Origin: Phenylobacterium sp.
GTDB taxonomy: Bacteria; Pseudomonadota; Alphaproteobacteria; Caulobacterales; Caulobacteraceae
Reading direction: 5' to 3'
Assembly: GCF_036563385.1 (NCBI RefSeq)
Contig: NZ_DATCML010000015.1
Coordinates: forward strand, 203,616-267,615
Length of the DNA: 64,000 nt
The notes beneath the pieces are model-generated. The model searched no databases. It worked only from the letters and a program-made list of their open reading frames with translations, and was not told the DNA's origin. This document shows positions 27,045-36,845 of the stretch, piece after piece (positions within the stretch are counted from its first letter, which is position 1; every line of letters begins with the position of its first letter). Made by a program: the position numbers and the translations under genes.

Positions 27045-28454
27045 CTAGCAGGCGTAGTACATCGCGAACTCCACCGGGTGCGGGTGGAGCTGGAGGCGCA
27101 TGACCTCCTCCATCTTCAGCTCGATGTAGCTATCGATGAAATCGTCATCCATGACGCCGCCCTTCTTGAGGAAGGCCCGGTCCTTGTCGAGGCTCTCAAG
27201 GGCTTCGCGCAGCGAGCCGCAGACCTCGGGGACCTTCTTCTGCTCGCGCGGCGGGAGGTCGTAGAGGTTCTTGTCCATGGCCGGGCCTGGATCGATCTTG
27301 TTCTCGATCCCGTCGAGGCCGGCCATCAGCAGGGCCACGAACGTCAGGTAGGGGTTGCCCATGGGATCGGGGAAGCGGGCCTCGATGCGCTTGGCCTTCG
27401 GGCTGTCCACGTGCGGGATGCGGATGGACGCCGAGCGGTTGCGCGACGAGTAGGCCAGCTTCACCGGAGCTTCGTAGCCCGGCACCAGGCGCTTGTAGGA
27501 GTTGGTGGTCGAGTTCGAGAAGGCGTTGATCGCCTTGGCGTGCTTGATGATGCCGCCGATGTACCAGAGGCACATGTCGGACAGGCCCGCGTACTTGTCG
27601 CCGGCGAACAGCGGCTTGCCGTTCAGCCAGATCGACTGGTGCACGTGCATGCCCGAGCCGTTGTCACCGAACATCGGCTTGGCCATGAAGGTGGCCGTCT
27701 TGCCGTAGGCGTGGGCGACGTTCTGGATGACGTACTTATAGAGCTGCATCCGGTCGGCCATGGTCAGCAGATCGGAGAACTTCAGGCCGAGTTCGTGCTG
27801 GGCGGGCGCGACCTCGTGGTGGTGCTTCTCGGGCTGCATGCCGAGCTCGCCCATGACCGCCAGCATCTCGCCCCGCAGGTCCTGGCCGCTGTCCACCGGG
27901 TTGACCGGGAAGTAGCCGCCCTTCGGGCCCGGGCGGTGGCCCATGTTGCCCTCGGGGTAGACCTTGCTCGAGCTGACCGGCAGCTCGGTGGAGTCGAAGC
28001 TGTACGAGGTGTCGTGCGCGGCCGTGTTCCAGCGCACGTCGTCGAACACGAAGAACTCGGCCTCGGGGCCGAAGAACACGGTGTCGCCCACGCCGGCCGA
28101 CTTCACGTAGTTCAGGGCGGCCTTGGCGATCGAGCGCGGGTCGCGGTTGTACGGGGTGTTGGTGTCCGGGTTCAGGACGTCGCAGAACAGCACAAGGGTG
28201 GTCTGCTGATAGAAAGGGTCGATGTGGGCCGAGTTGAGGTCCGGCCGCAGCTTCATGTCGGACTCGTTGATCGCCTTCCAGCCAGCGATCGATGAGCCGT
28301 CGAACATGGTGCCGTCGGTGAGGAATTCCTCGTCCACCAGGTCGATGTCGAACGTGACGTGATGCATCTTGCCACGCACGTCGCTGAAGCGGACGTCCAC
28401 GTATTTGACGTCCTTCTCCTTGATCTGGTTCAGGATGTCCTGAGCGGAAGCCAT
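27045..28454 (-). CDS. glnA: Glutamine synthetase type I
   Basis: 469 aa. Motifs [22 protein letters not shown] and [13 protein letters not shown], including the adenylylation Tyr region. Downstream of glnB. Confidence 0.95.
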   Translation of the reverse strand: MASAQDILNQIKEKDVKYVDVRFSDVRGKMHHVTFDIDLVDEEFLTDGTMFDGSSIAGWKAINESDMKLRPDLNSAHIDPFYQQTTLVLFCDVLNPDTNTPYNRDPRSIAKAALNYVKSAGVGDTVFFGPEAEFFVFDDVRWNTAAHDTSYSFDSTELPVSSSKVYPEGNMGHRPGPKGGYFPVNPVDSGQDLRGEMLAVMGELGMQPEKHHHEVAPAQHELGLKFSDLLTMADRMQLYKYVIQNVAHAYGKTATFMAKPMFGDNGSGMHVHQSIWLNGKPLFAGDKYAGLSDMCLWYIGGIIKHAKAINAFSNSTTNSYKRLVPGYEAPVKLAYSSRNRSASIRIPHVDSPKAKRIEARFPDPMGNPYLTFVALLMAGLDGIENKIDPGPAMDKNLYDLPPREQKKVPEVCGSLREALESLDKDRAFLKKGGVMDDDFIDSYIELKMEEVMRLQLHPHPVEFAMYYAC

Positions 28455-28499
28455 GTCGATGATCCCCTTGTTGGTCCGGTCTCGATGGTATCTTGAGGC

Positions 28500-28964
<465 letters not shown>

Positions 28965-29071
28965 CTAGGAATTGGGCGCCGGCGGATCAAAAAAGCATCA
29001 CGCCGGAAATCGACTTGTGAGGGCGCTTTCCGACCCTAGGATCGCGGGCGCCGAGCGTCGGGAGAGAGCCT

Positions 29072-30619
29072 GTGGGCAGCGAAAACACGCCAGTTCTGAT
29101 TGGAGCGGGTCAATTCACGTACAGGGGCGCTCCGGCTGATTCCCCGTCGCCCACGTCGTTGCTGAAGATTGCAGCGGAACGGGCGGCGCTGGATGCGGGC
29201 ATCGGGGCCCAGGGCCTTGCGGCGATCGATGCGCTGGCGGTGGTGGGCTACACCATCGACGCGCCCGGCTCGAAGCGAGGCATGATCCCGCACTCGACCA
29301 ACCCGCCCGCGAACCTTGCCCGCCAGATCGGCGCGCGGCCGGGCTGGAGCGTCTATTCCGAGATGGGCGGCAACACGCCCCAGTACCTGATCAACACCCT
29401 TTGCGCGCGCATCGCGCGCGGAGAGGCCGAGCTCGCCCTCACCGTAGGCTGCGAATTCCTCGGCTCGGCCATGAAGCGGGCGGGGCAGGGGCTCTCCTTC
29501 GACGACTGGTCCGCCGACGAGGACGAGGACCTGCCGGCCCCACAGCGGATCGGCGACCCGCGCAACGGCAGCACGCCCTACGAGATCCGCCACGGGCTTT
29601 CGCGGCCGATCAACATCTATCCGATCTTCGAGAACGCCCTGCGCGCCCGCGACGGCCGCTCCATCGCCGATCACCAGCGGCGAATGGGCGAGCTTTTCGC
29701 GCGGTTCTCTGAGGTGGCGGCCGACAATCCCGAAGCGTGGTTCCGCACCAAGCGCACGGCGGAGGAGATTGTCACCGTTTCGGACAAGAACCGGATGATC
29801 GGCTTCCCTTATCCGAAGCTCCTCAACGCCATCATGGAGGTGGACCAGTCGGCCGCCGTGATCGTGGCCAGTGAGAAGAAGGCCCGTGAACTCGGGGTGC
29901 CTGAGGACAGGTGGGTATATCTGCACGGGTGCGCCGACGCCGCCGACCTGTGGCATCCGCTGGACCGGCAGGACTTCCACTCCAGCCCCGCCATGCGGCG
30001 CACCGGGCAGAAGGCGCTGGAGATGGCCGGGATCGGCATCGACGACGTCGACCTGATCGACCTCTATTCCTGCTTCCCGATCGCCGTGGAGATCGGGGCG
30101 GAGGCTCTGGGCATCGCCCTCGACGACCCTCGCGGTCTGACCGTTACGGGCGGCCTGCCGTACGCGGGCGGCCCGGGGAACAATTACGTCATGCACTCGG
30201 TGGCGGTGATGCTGCAGCGGCTGCGTGACCGCCGCGGGGCCTATGGCCTCGTCACGGGCAACGGCTGGTACCTCACCAAGCAGTCCACCGGGGTCTATTC
30301 GACGAAGCGGCCGGACAGGCCCTTCGAGCGCGAGGACCCGGCCGTGCTCCAGCGCGAGATCGACGCCCTGCCGCATCCCGAGATTGTCGAGCGGCCAAGC
30401 GGGCGTGGCATGATCGAGACCTACACCGTCGTTCACAAGCGCGAGGGACCGTTCCTGGGCATCGTGGTGGGTCGTGACGAGGCCGGGCGGCGGTTCGTCG
30501 CCAACACCCCAGCCGATCCCGCCTTCCTCGCGGCCTTCGAGGCGCAGGAGCAGATCGGGCGCAGCGGGACCGTGCGCCAAGCCGACGACGGCCAGATCAA
30601 CCTCTTCACACCGGACTGA
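29072..30619 (+). CDS. Thiolase-like protein (acetyl-CoA acetyltransferase superfamily) with C-terminal OB-like extension
   Basis: 515 aa. Thiolase-fold C-terminal signatures (DLYSCFPIAV, GGLPYAGGPGNNY). GTG start is preceded by GGGAGAG. The specific function is not assignable. Confidence 0.65.
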   Translation: MGSENTPVLIGAGQFTYRGAPADSPSPTSLLKIAAERAALDAGIGAQGLAAIDALAVVGYTIDAPGSKRGMIPHSTNPPANLARQIGARPGWSVYSEMGGNTPQYLINTLCARIARGEAELALTVGCEFLGSAMKRAGQGLSFDDWSADEDEDLPAPQRIGDPRNGSTPYEIRHGLSRPINIYPIFENALRARDGRSIADHQRRMGELFARFSEVAADNPEAWFRTKRTAEEIVTVSDKNRMIGFPYPKLLNAIMEVDQSAAVIVASEKKARELGVPEDRWVYLHGCADAADLWHPLDRQDFHSSPAMRRTGQKALEMAGIGIDDVDLIDLYSCFPIAVEIGAEALGIALDDPRGLTVTGGLPYAGGPGNNYVMHSVAVMLQRLRDRRGAYGLVTGNGWYLTKQSTGVYSTKRPDRPFEREDPAVLQREIDALPHPEIVERPSGRGMIETYTVVHKREGPFLGIVVGRDEAGRRFVANTPADPAFLAAFEAQEQIGRSGTVRQADDGQINLFTPD

Positions 30620-30622
30620 CAC

Positions 30623-31192
30623 ATGCCGCGCCTCTATCTGATCCGACACGGGAAACCTGCGTCCACCTGGGGCGGCGCGGACGACGATCCAGGCCTCGAC
30701 GAGGCGGGGCGCAGCCAGGCGGAGGCCGCGCGCGACTGGCTGCTGGCGCTGCCGCCGGGCGAACGGCCGGAGCGGGTGGTGAGTTCGCCCCTTCGTCGCT
30801 GCCAGGAAACGGCGCAGCCGACGGCCCTCGCGCTTGGGGTCACGGTTGAGGTCGATTCCAGGGTGGGCGAGATCCCGACGCCGAAGGCCCTTGCCGCGGA
30901 GGAGCGGCCCGCGTGGCTGCGGCAGGCCTTCCAAGGCGCCTGGGGCGAGATCGACAGCGACCTCGACTATGACGCCTGGCGTCGCGAGATCGTGGCCTCC
31001 CTGCACGCGCGCGGAGGAACGGCGGTCTTCTCGCACTTCGTGGCCATCAACGCCGTGGTGTCCCGCCTGACCGGCGACGATCGGGTGGTCTGTTTCCGGC
31101 CGGACCACGCGTCCATCACCATCCTCGAAACCGACGGAGACCGCTTGACCTTGGTGGCCAAGGGGCGCGAAGCCACCACGGGAGTGCTCTAA
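30623..31192 (+). CDS. Histidine phosphatase (phosphoglycerate mutase) family protein
   Basis: 189 aa. The N-terminal LYLIRHGKP is the RHG catalytic motif. There is a later SPLRRC and a C-terminal H in FSHFV. Confidence 0.8.
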   Translation: MPRLYLIRHGKPASTWGGADDDPGLDEAGRSQAEAARDWLLALPPGERPERVVSSPLRRCQETAQPTALALGVTVEVDSRVGEIPTPKALAAEERPAWLRQAFQGAWGEIDSDLDYDAWRREIVASLHARGGTAVFSHFVAINAVVSRLTGDDRVVCFRPDHASITILETDGDRLTLVAKGREATTGVL

Positions 31193-31210
31193 CCCGGCAA
31201 GGAGACCTGA

Positions 31211-32668
31211 TTGGCGGCGCGGCAGATCCTTACCGTTGCGGAGACCGCAGCCGCCGACCAGGCCGCCATCGAGGCCGGAACCCCAGGGACCGTGCTCATG
31301 GAGCGCGCCGGCAGAGCGGTGGCGGACGCCGTCGTGGATCGCTTCGATCCCTGTCCGACCGTGGTGTTCTGCGGGCCTGGAAACAACGGTGGCGACGGCT
31401 ACGTGATCGCCCGCCTGCTCGCCGAGCGCGGCTGGGACGTTTGGGTGGAGCAGTTGGCCCCTCCCGCAACCGCCGACTCGCAGGCGGCAGCCGCCCTCTG
31501 GGCCGGCCGGACCATGGCCATCGGCGAAGGGGAGGGCGGCGATCGCCCCGAGCTGTTCGTCGACGCCTTGTTCGGCGCGGGTCTCTCCAAGCCCCTCGAG
31601 GGCGAAGCCGCGCGCTTGGCTCGCGTCTCGCAGCGGCTGCGTGACCGCTTCGTAGCCGTGGACCTGCCCAGCGGGATCACCGGCGACACGGGGCGGCAGG
31701 TGGGGGAGGCGGCGTTCTGCGCCGGGCTGACGGTCACCTTCCACGCCCGCAAGCCGGCGCACGCGCTCGAGCCCGGCCGAAGCCATTGCGGCGAAGTCCT
31801 GGTGGCCGACATCGGCTTGGGCGAGACGCAGGGCCGGATCTTTGAGAACGGCCCCGAACTCTGGCTGGACCGCTTCCCCTGGCCTGACAGCGCCTCGCAT
31901 AAGCACGCCCGTGGTCGGCTGATCGTCGTCAGCGGCGACGCCTGGAGCACGGGCGCGGCCCGGCTCGCCGCCCGCGCCGGCCTTCGGATCGGCTCAGGGC
32001 TCGTTACGATCCTGTCGCCGCCGGAGTCGCTCGCCTCGAACGCCGCCCACCTGGAGGCCGTGATGCTGCGGCCCTTCGAGACCGATCTGGAGCTGGAGCA
32101 GGCGGCCGGCAGCGTCGATGCGGCGGTCGTCGGGCCCGCCGCCGGAGTCGGCGAGACCACCCTGCTGAACGTCCTGGCGCTCGCCCGGACGGGCGCCGCC
32201 CTGGTTCTGGACGCCGACGCCATCACCGTTTTTCGCGACGACCCCGAAGAGCTGTTCTCGGTCCTCGATCGGGACGACGTGCTCACGCCGCATGCGGGCG
32301 AGTTCGAGAGGCTTTTCCCGGGCCTGCTTGCGACCTCGACGGACCGGATCAGCGCGGCCCGACGCGCCGCTGAGCGCGCCGGCGCGGTCGTCCTGCTGAA
32401 GGGCGCGGACACGGTTGTCGCCGCGCCGGATGGTCGGGCCGCGGTCAACCTGAACGGCTCGCCCTGGCTCGCCACCGCGGGCTCAGGCGACGTGCTGGCC
32501 GGCTTCATCGGTGGGCTCGTGGCTCAGGGAATGGAAAGCTTTGAGGCGGCGTGCGCCGCCGCCTGGATCCACGCGGAGGCCGCGGGACTGCACGGCCCAG
32601 GGCTGATCGCGGAGGACCTGCCCGGCTTGACGCCTCGGGTGCTCCGTCGGCTCTACGAGGAGCGCTGA
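31211..32668 (+). CDS. nnr: Bifunctional NAD(P)H-hydrate repair enzyme (epimerase/ADP-dependent dehydratase)
   Basis: 485 aa. YjeF-N motif CGPGNNGGDG. C-terminal carbohydrate-kinase-like motif GSGDVLAG. TTG start is preceded by AAGGAGA. Confidence 0.85.
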   Translation: MAARQILTVAETAAADQAAIEAGTPGTVLMERAGRAVADAVVDRFDPCPTVVFCGPGNNGGDGYVIARLLAERGWDVWVEQLAPPATADSQAAAALWAGRTMAIGEGEGGDRPELFVDALFGAGLSKPLEGEAARLARVSQRLRDRFVAVDLPSGITGDTGRQVGEAAFCAGLTVTFHARKPAHALEPGRSHCGEVLVADIGLGETQGRIFENGPELWLDRFPWPDSASHKHARGRLIVVSGDAWSTGAARLAARAGLRIGSGLVTILSPPESLASNAAHLEAVMLRPFETDLELEQAAGSVDAAVVGPAAGVGETTLLNVLALARTGAALVLDADAITVFRDDPEELFSVLDRDDVLTPHAGEFERLFPGLLATSTDRISAARRAAERAGAVVLLKGADTVVAAPDGRAAVNLNGSPWLATAGSGDVLAGFIGGLVAQGMESFEAACAAAWIHAEAAGLHGPGLIAEDLPGLTPRVLRRLYEER

Positions 32669-32671
32669 ACG

Positions 32672-32701
32672 AAAACGGCGCGGAGATCGCTCTCCGCGCC
32701 G
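32672..32701 (-). terminator. Rho-independent terminator downstream of rplI
   Basis: Stem cggcgcggaga/tctccgcgccg with loop tcgc (GCGA on minus). The minus-strand transcript continues GTTTTCGTT. Confidence 0.7.
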
Positions 32702-32725
32702 CCTTCGGAACTATGAGCCGGGAGC

Positions 32726-33310
32726 TCAGGCGTCGGCGTAGCCGCCCTCGAGCTGACCCGCGCCGCCTTCGAGAAGGTCGGCGGCGGCCTGCTCGGCAGC
32801 CATGCGCTCTTCTTCGAACTGAGCGTTGATCACGTTCTCGCCCCGGGCCTGACGATCGGCTTCGTCCTGGCTGCGGGCGATGTTGAGCGTCACGGTGACG
32901 GCGACTTCCGCGTGCAGGCGGATCTTCACCTCGTGCATGCCCAGGGTCTTGATCGGCTTGTCCAGGACCACCTGGGCGCGCTCGACCTTGCCGCCTTCGG
33001 CGTTGATCGCATCGGCCACGTCGCGGCCGGCGACGGAGCCGTACAGCTGGCCAGATTCGCCCGCCTGACGGATCAGGACGTAGGTCGAGCCGTCGAGCGC
33101 TTCGCCCGACTTCTCGGCCGCGGCCTTGGCCTTGGCGTTGCGCGCCTCGATCTCGGCGCGCTGGGCGTCGAAGACCTTCATGTTGGCGGCGTTGGCGCGG
33201 AGCGCCTTGTTGCGCGGCAGGAGGAAGTTGCGGGCGTAGCCGTCCTTGACGGTGACCACGTCGCCGAGACCGCCCCAGCCTTCCACGCGTTCGAGCAGAA
33301 TGACTTTCAT
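32726..33310 (-). CDS. rplI: 50S ribosomal protein L9
   Basis: 194 aa. MKVILLERVEGWGGLGDVVTVKDGYARNFLLP is the canonical L9 N-terminus. Confidence 0.95.
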   Translation of the reverse strand: MKVILLERVEGWGGLGDVVTVKDGYARNFLLPRNKALRANAANMKVFDAQRAEIEARNAKAKAAAEKSGEALDGSTYVLIRQAGESGQLYGSVAGRDVADAINAEGGKVERAQVVLDKPIKTLGMHEVKIRLHAEVAVTVTLNIARSQDEADRQARGENVINAQFEEERMAAEQAAADLLEGGAGQLEGGYADA

Positions 33311-33324
33311 GTGCGTCGTCTCCC

Positions 33325-33606
33325 TTACTTCACGACGTAGGGGAGCAGCGCCAGGAAGCGGGCGCGCTTGATGGCCTTGGCCAGTTCACGCTGCTTCTTG
33401 GCGGACACCGCGGTGATGCGCGACGGCACGATCTTGCCGCGCTCGGAAACGTAGCGCTGCAGGAGCTTGACGTCCTTGTAGTCGATCTTCGGGGCGTTGG
33501 CGCCGGAGAACGGGCACACCTTGCGGCGGCGGAAGAACGGACGGCGCGCGCCGCCCGAGGAAGCGGCCGCGGACGGAGCCGGGGCGGCGGAGGTTTCGTC
33601 GGTCAT
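33325..33606 (-). CDS. rpsR: 30S ribosomal protein S18
   Basis: 93 aa. The motifs [34 protein letters not shown] are canonical S18. Confidence 0.95.
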   Translation of the reverse strand: MTDETSAAPAPSAAASSGGARRPFFRRRKVCPFSGANAPKIDYKDVKLLQRYVSERGKIVPSRITAVSAKKQRELAKAIKRARFLALLPYVVK

Positions 33607-33624
33607 GCGATGAGCCTCCCTTTC

Positions 33625-33987
33625 TTAGAATTGCGGGGCGTCGTCGCGGCGTTCGCGGTCGCGATCGCGGCGGGCGAGAATCGGGGAGAGCTCGAGGTCC
33701 AGCTCTTCGACGCGGACGGTCATGTAGCGCAGCACGTCTTCGTTGATCGAAAGCTGGCGCTCCATCTCCTTCACGGCGTCGGCCGGGGCGTCGATGGCGA
33801 GCAGGGAGTAGTGACCCTTGCGGTTCTTCTTGATCCGGTAGGTCAGGTTGCGCAGACCCCAGTACTCGATCTTCGCGACGTTCCCGCCGCCTTGCTCGAT
33901 GAGGGCCTTGAGCTGGTCGTTGAGGGCTTCGGCCTGCTGCGGCGAGATATCCTGCCGCGAGATGACCACGTGTTCGTAGAGGGCCAT
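33625..33987 (-). CDS. rpsF: 30S ribosomal protein S6
   Basis: ATG 33987 gives [18 protein letters not shown]...[18 protein letters not shown], which is canonical S6. The longer upstream start in the ORF track was rejected. Confidence 0.93.
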   Translation of the reverse strand: MALYEHVVISRQDISPQQAEALNDQLKALIEQGGGNVAKIEYWGLRNLTYRIKKNRKGHYSLLAIDAPADAVKEMERQLSINEDVLRYMTVRVEELDLELSPILARRDRDRERRDDAPQF

Positions 33988-34211
33988 TCTATCCTTCTTC
34001 CGCTGTGGAAGGCGGCGCGTCCGGCGGCGGAAGGTCCGCCGGATACGATGGCTCTCAGCGCGGCGGCCGGGAGTTTCCCGACCCATTCGCGTTCCGCGTG
34101 AGACCGCATTCCGTGAAGAGGCGCGCAAATAGGCGAAAACCTCTGGCGGAGCAAGGATTTTCGCCCCTTGCGCCTGTGGGGCGCATGCTGGAGGTTCAAC
34201 GGGGAGGGGCC

Positions 34212-34298
34212 ATGCGACGCAACCGGATCCTGGCCGCCGTGTTGTCGGCGGGCCTCGGGGCAGGGCTCTACCTGCTGATCAAGTCCCTGACGTCTTAG
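34212..34298 (+). CDS. Possible small membrane peptide (28 aa)
   Basis: ATG 34212 is preceded by [37 protein letters not shown] has one TM-like helix. There is no other support. Confidence 0.25.
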   Translation: MRRNRILAAVLSAGLGAGLYLLIKSLTS

Positions 34299-34312
34299 AG
34301 CCGAGGCTTTCC

Positions 34313-34813
34313 ATGTTCCTGAAGTCCCTGACCGCCGCGGCTGTGGCGTTGAGCCTCCTGGCCGGCCCGGCTGCGGCCCAGCAGCCGAGCGCCGCCCAGA
34401 TGACGCTTGTCCGTCGCTACATGGCGGCGATCGACATGCCTTCGATGATGAAGGCCATGATGGAGTCCATGACGCCGGCCATGCTGCAGGACATGGAGAA
34501 GCGGCTCGGTCAGTCGCTGCCCAGCGACGTTCGGGACGCCCTGGTGACCAGCACGACGGAAGCGGTGGTCGCGATGACGCCGCGAATGATGGACGCCATG
34601 GCGCCAGTCCTGGCGAGCGGCTTCACCGAGGCCGAGCTGCGCGCCGCGGTGGCCTACATGGAAAGCCCGGAAGGGCGCTCGTTCATGGCCAAGTCGCCGG
34701 CCATGATGTCGAAGGCCATGCCGGCTATGCAGCCGCTCATCCCGGAGATGCAGGCGGACATGCAAGCCCGCTTCTGCCGCAAGGTCGACTGCAGCAAGCT
34801 CGGATTGAAGTAG
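34313..34813 (+). CDS. Secreted Met-rich protein (DUF2059-like)
   Basis: 166 aa. Signal peptide ending PAAAQQ. 23 Met residues by my count, in motifs such as PSMMKAMMESMTPAM. The DUF2059 resemblance is from memory. Confidence 0.6.
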   Translation: MFLKSLTAAAVALSLLAGPAAAQQPSAAQMTLVRRYMAAIDMPSMMKAMMESMTPAMLQDMEKRLGQSLPSDVRDALVTSTTEAVVAMTPRMMDAMAPVLASGFTEAELRAAVAYMESPEGRSFMAKSPAMMSKAMPAMQPLIPEMQADMQARFCRKVDCSKLGLK

Positions 34814-34823
34814 CGCGGACGCG

Positions 34824-35360
34824 CTACTTCTTCTTCATCGACTGCACGGCGGCCAGTGTCTCGGACACGTGCTCGTTGGGGTCCATCTTGGAATAGGCGT
34901 GGACCACCTGGCCGGAGCGCGAAATCACGTAGGAGGTGCGGTCGGACCAATCGGGCTTGGCTGCCAGGATCGCGTCGTACTGCCGGGCGATCTTGGCGCC
35001 TGGATCGGCCGCCACCGGGAACTTGCCCGAGCACTTGTCGGTGTCCGCGGAGATCTGCTGCAGCTTGTCCAGGTTGCCGGCCGTGACGCCAATCACCGTC
35101 GCCCCGGCGGCGGTGAACTTCGGCATCGCGTCAGCGAACATCTTCGCCTCGAGATTGCAGCCCTTGGTGTCTGCGGCGGGGAAGAAGTACAGCACCACCG
35201 GCCCCTTTTTGCGCGCCTGGGCGAGCGAGAAGGTGAGGGACTTGCCGGCCTGGAAGCCCGGGGCGGTGAAGTCGGGAGCCTTGTCCCCGGCCTTCAAGGC
35301 GGCGAAGGCGGGCGTGGCGGCGAGCGCGGTCAGCGCGGCGAGGCAGGCAAGGCGTTTCAT
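34824..35360 (-). CDS. Secreted peroxiredoxin (AhpC/TSA, Bcp/PrxQ-like)
   Basis: 178 aa. Signal peptide ending PAFA. DKAPDFTAPG and the peroxidatic Cys context FFPAADTKGCNLE. Confidence 0.8.
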   Translation of the reverse strand: MKRLACLAALTALAATPAFAALKAGDKAPDFTAPGFQAGKSLTFSLAQARKKGPVVLYFFPAADTKGCNLEAKMFADAMPKFTAAGATVIGVTAGNLDKLQQISADTDKCSGKFPVAADPGAKIARQYDAILAAKPDWSDRTSYVISRSGQVVHAYSKMDPNEHVSETLAAVQSMKKK

Positions 35361-35430
35361 GGTGGGTCTCCAGAGGCTCCCCGATGTCTTTGAGCGACAG
35401 GTTAGCCCCGGGGACGACCGGAGGCGAGGC

Positions 35431-36735
35431 CTAGAAGAACAGGAAGTTGCCGTCGCTGAGGGCGGAGAGCTTCACGTTCTGCAAGGTGAGGGCATTCTGG
35501 GCGTCGAACGTGATCACCACGTTGGCGCCGACCTGCTGGGCGTGGGCCTTCAGGTCATCAAAGCTGCCGAACATCGCCGGCGACATCTGGATCACCTCGT
35601 TCTTCAGGTCGAAGTCGGTGATCGTGTCGCGGCCGAAGTCCTTGCCGAAGATGAAGTAGTCGGGGCTGCCGCCTCCGGTGATGCGGTCGTCGCCGGCGCC
35701 CCCCGCAAGGGTGTCAGGGCTGTTGCCGCCGTCGAGCGTGTCGTTGCCGGCCTCGCCGTCTAGCCAGTCGCTGCCGTTCCCGCCGATCAGCTTGTCCGCG
35801 CCGGCCCCGCCGCACAGCGAGTCCTTGCCATTGGCGCCGTCCACCGTGTCGGCGCCGCCGCCGCCACAAAGCGTGTCGCCGCTGTTCCCGCCCCAGATGC
35901 GTTCCCCGCGGGCGGTGCCCATGATGATCTGCGGGTGGTTTCCGCCGACGATGTCGGGACCGACGCCCACCGGGTTCAGCGTCACCGAGGCCGTCTTGGT
36001 CGCCGAATAGTCCGTCCCGTCGAAGGCGCGGTACTGGAACGACACGACCCGCGCCGCCGTGATGTCCTCGTCGCCGGCCAGCGGCTGGACGTAGAACTTG
36101 CCGTCGGCGTCGACGACCACTCCCGCAGGGAGAGTCCCGACAGGTTGGAAGGTGAGGGCTTGGCCGTCCGCGTCGGTGGCCAGCAGCTGGCCTGTGAACG
36201 TCTGCCCGGCCAGGATAGCGCCGCTGAACGGCTGCGCGACCGGCGCGGTGTTCAGGGTGAGCGCCAGGTTGTCGAACGCGCCCCAGCCCGTTCCGCCAAC
36301 CGTGAACCACTCAAGCCGCACCAGCCCGGCGCCGAAGCCCCCGGGCAGGTTCACCGTCTGGAACCCGTCGATGCTGTCGGTGGTGAACTCGTGGGTGACG
36401 ACGTTGCCGTCGGACTTCACGCCGGTGAAGTAATAGGTCAGCACGGAGGTGCCGGTCACCGGCGCCGTCCCGTTCCAGCCTTCGAAGCTGAAGCCGTTCA
36501 CCTGGACGGATGTTGCGCCGAACGCGCCGCCCGCCACAGGTTTCACCAGTACGGTGTCGCCGGTGTACTGGTTGATCAGATAGCCGCCGGTCCCGAGGTT
36601 GTTCACCTGCGCCCGGTTCCAGAACGCGTCGTTGAACCCGTTCTGCTGGGTCGTCAGGGTCGAGAACTGGAAGCCCTGCTCCGAATAGACCGGGAACAGG
36701 CCGGCCGGCACGCTCTCGAATTGGATGGTCGGCAT
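35431..36735 (-). CDS. RTX-type calcium-binding secreted protein with cadherin/Ig-like middle region
   Basis: 434 aa with no signal peptide. Five or more GGxGxD nonapeptide repeats (GGNSGDTLCGGGGADTVDGANGKDSLCGGAGADKLIGGNGSDWLDGEAGNDTLDGG). The C-terminal pattern VITFDAQNALTLQNV...FLFF is typical of type I secretion substrates. Confidence 0.8.
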   Translation of the reverse strand: MPTIQFESVPAGLFPVYSEQGFQFSTLTTQQNGFNDAFWNRAQVNNLGTGGYLINQYTGDTVLVKPVAGGAFGATSVQVNGFSFEGWNGTAPVTGTSVLTYYFTGVKSDGNVVTHEFTTDSIDGFQTVNLPGGFGAGLVRLEWFTVGGTGWGAFDNLALTLNTAPVAQPFSGAILAGQTFTGQLLATDADGQALTFQPVGTLPAGVVVDADGKFYVQPLAGDEDITAARVVSFQYRAFDGTDYSATKTASVTLNPVGVGPDIVGGNHPQIIMGTARGERIWGGNSGDTLCGGGGADTVDGANGKDSLCGGAGADKLIGGNGSDWLDGEAGNDTLDGGNSPDTLAGGAGDDRITGGGSPDYFIFGKDFGRDTITDFDLKNEVIQMSPAMFGSFDDLKAHAQQVGANVVITFDAQNALTLQNVKLSALSDGNFLFF

Positions 36736-36845
36736 CGTGTCGCCCCTCAGTGGCCCGTTCTGGTACAGCTTGACTATCCGGTCGGCAACCTTGTGGGCGG
36801 CGACGCGGTCATTTAGCGCAGCAAAAGCAAGAGCCGGGCCGCCTC

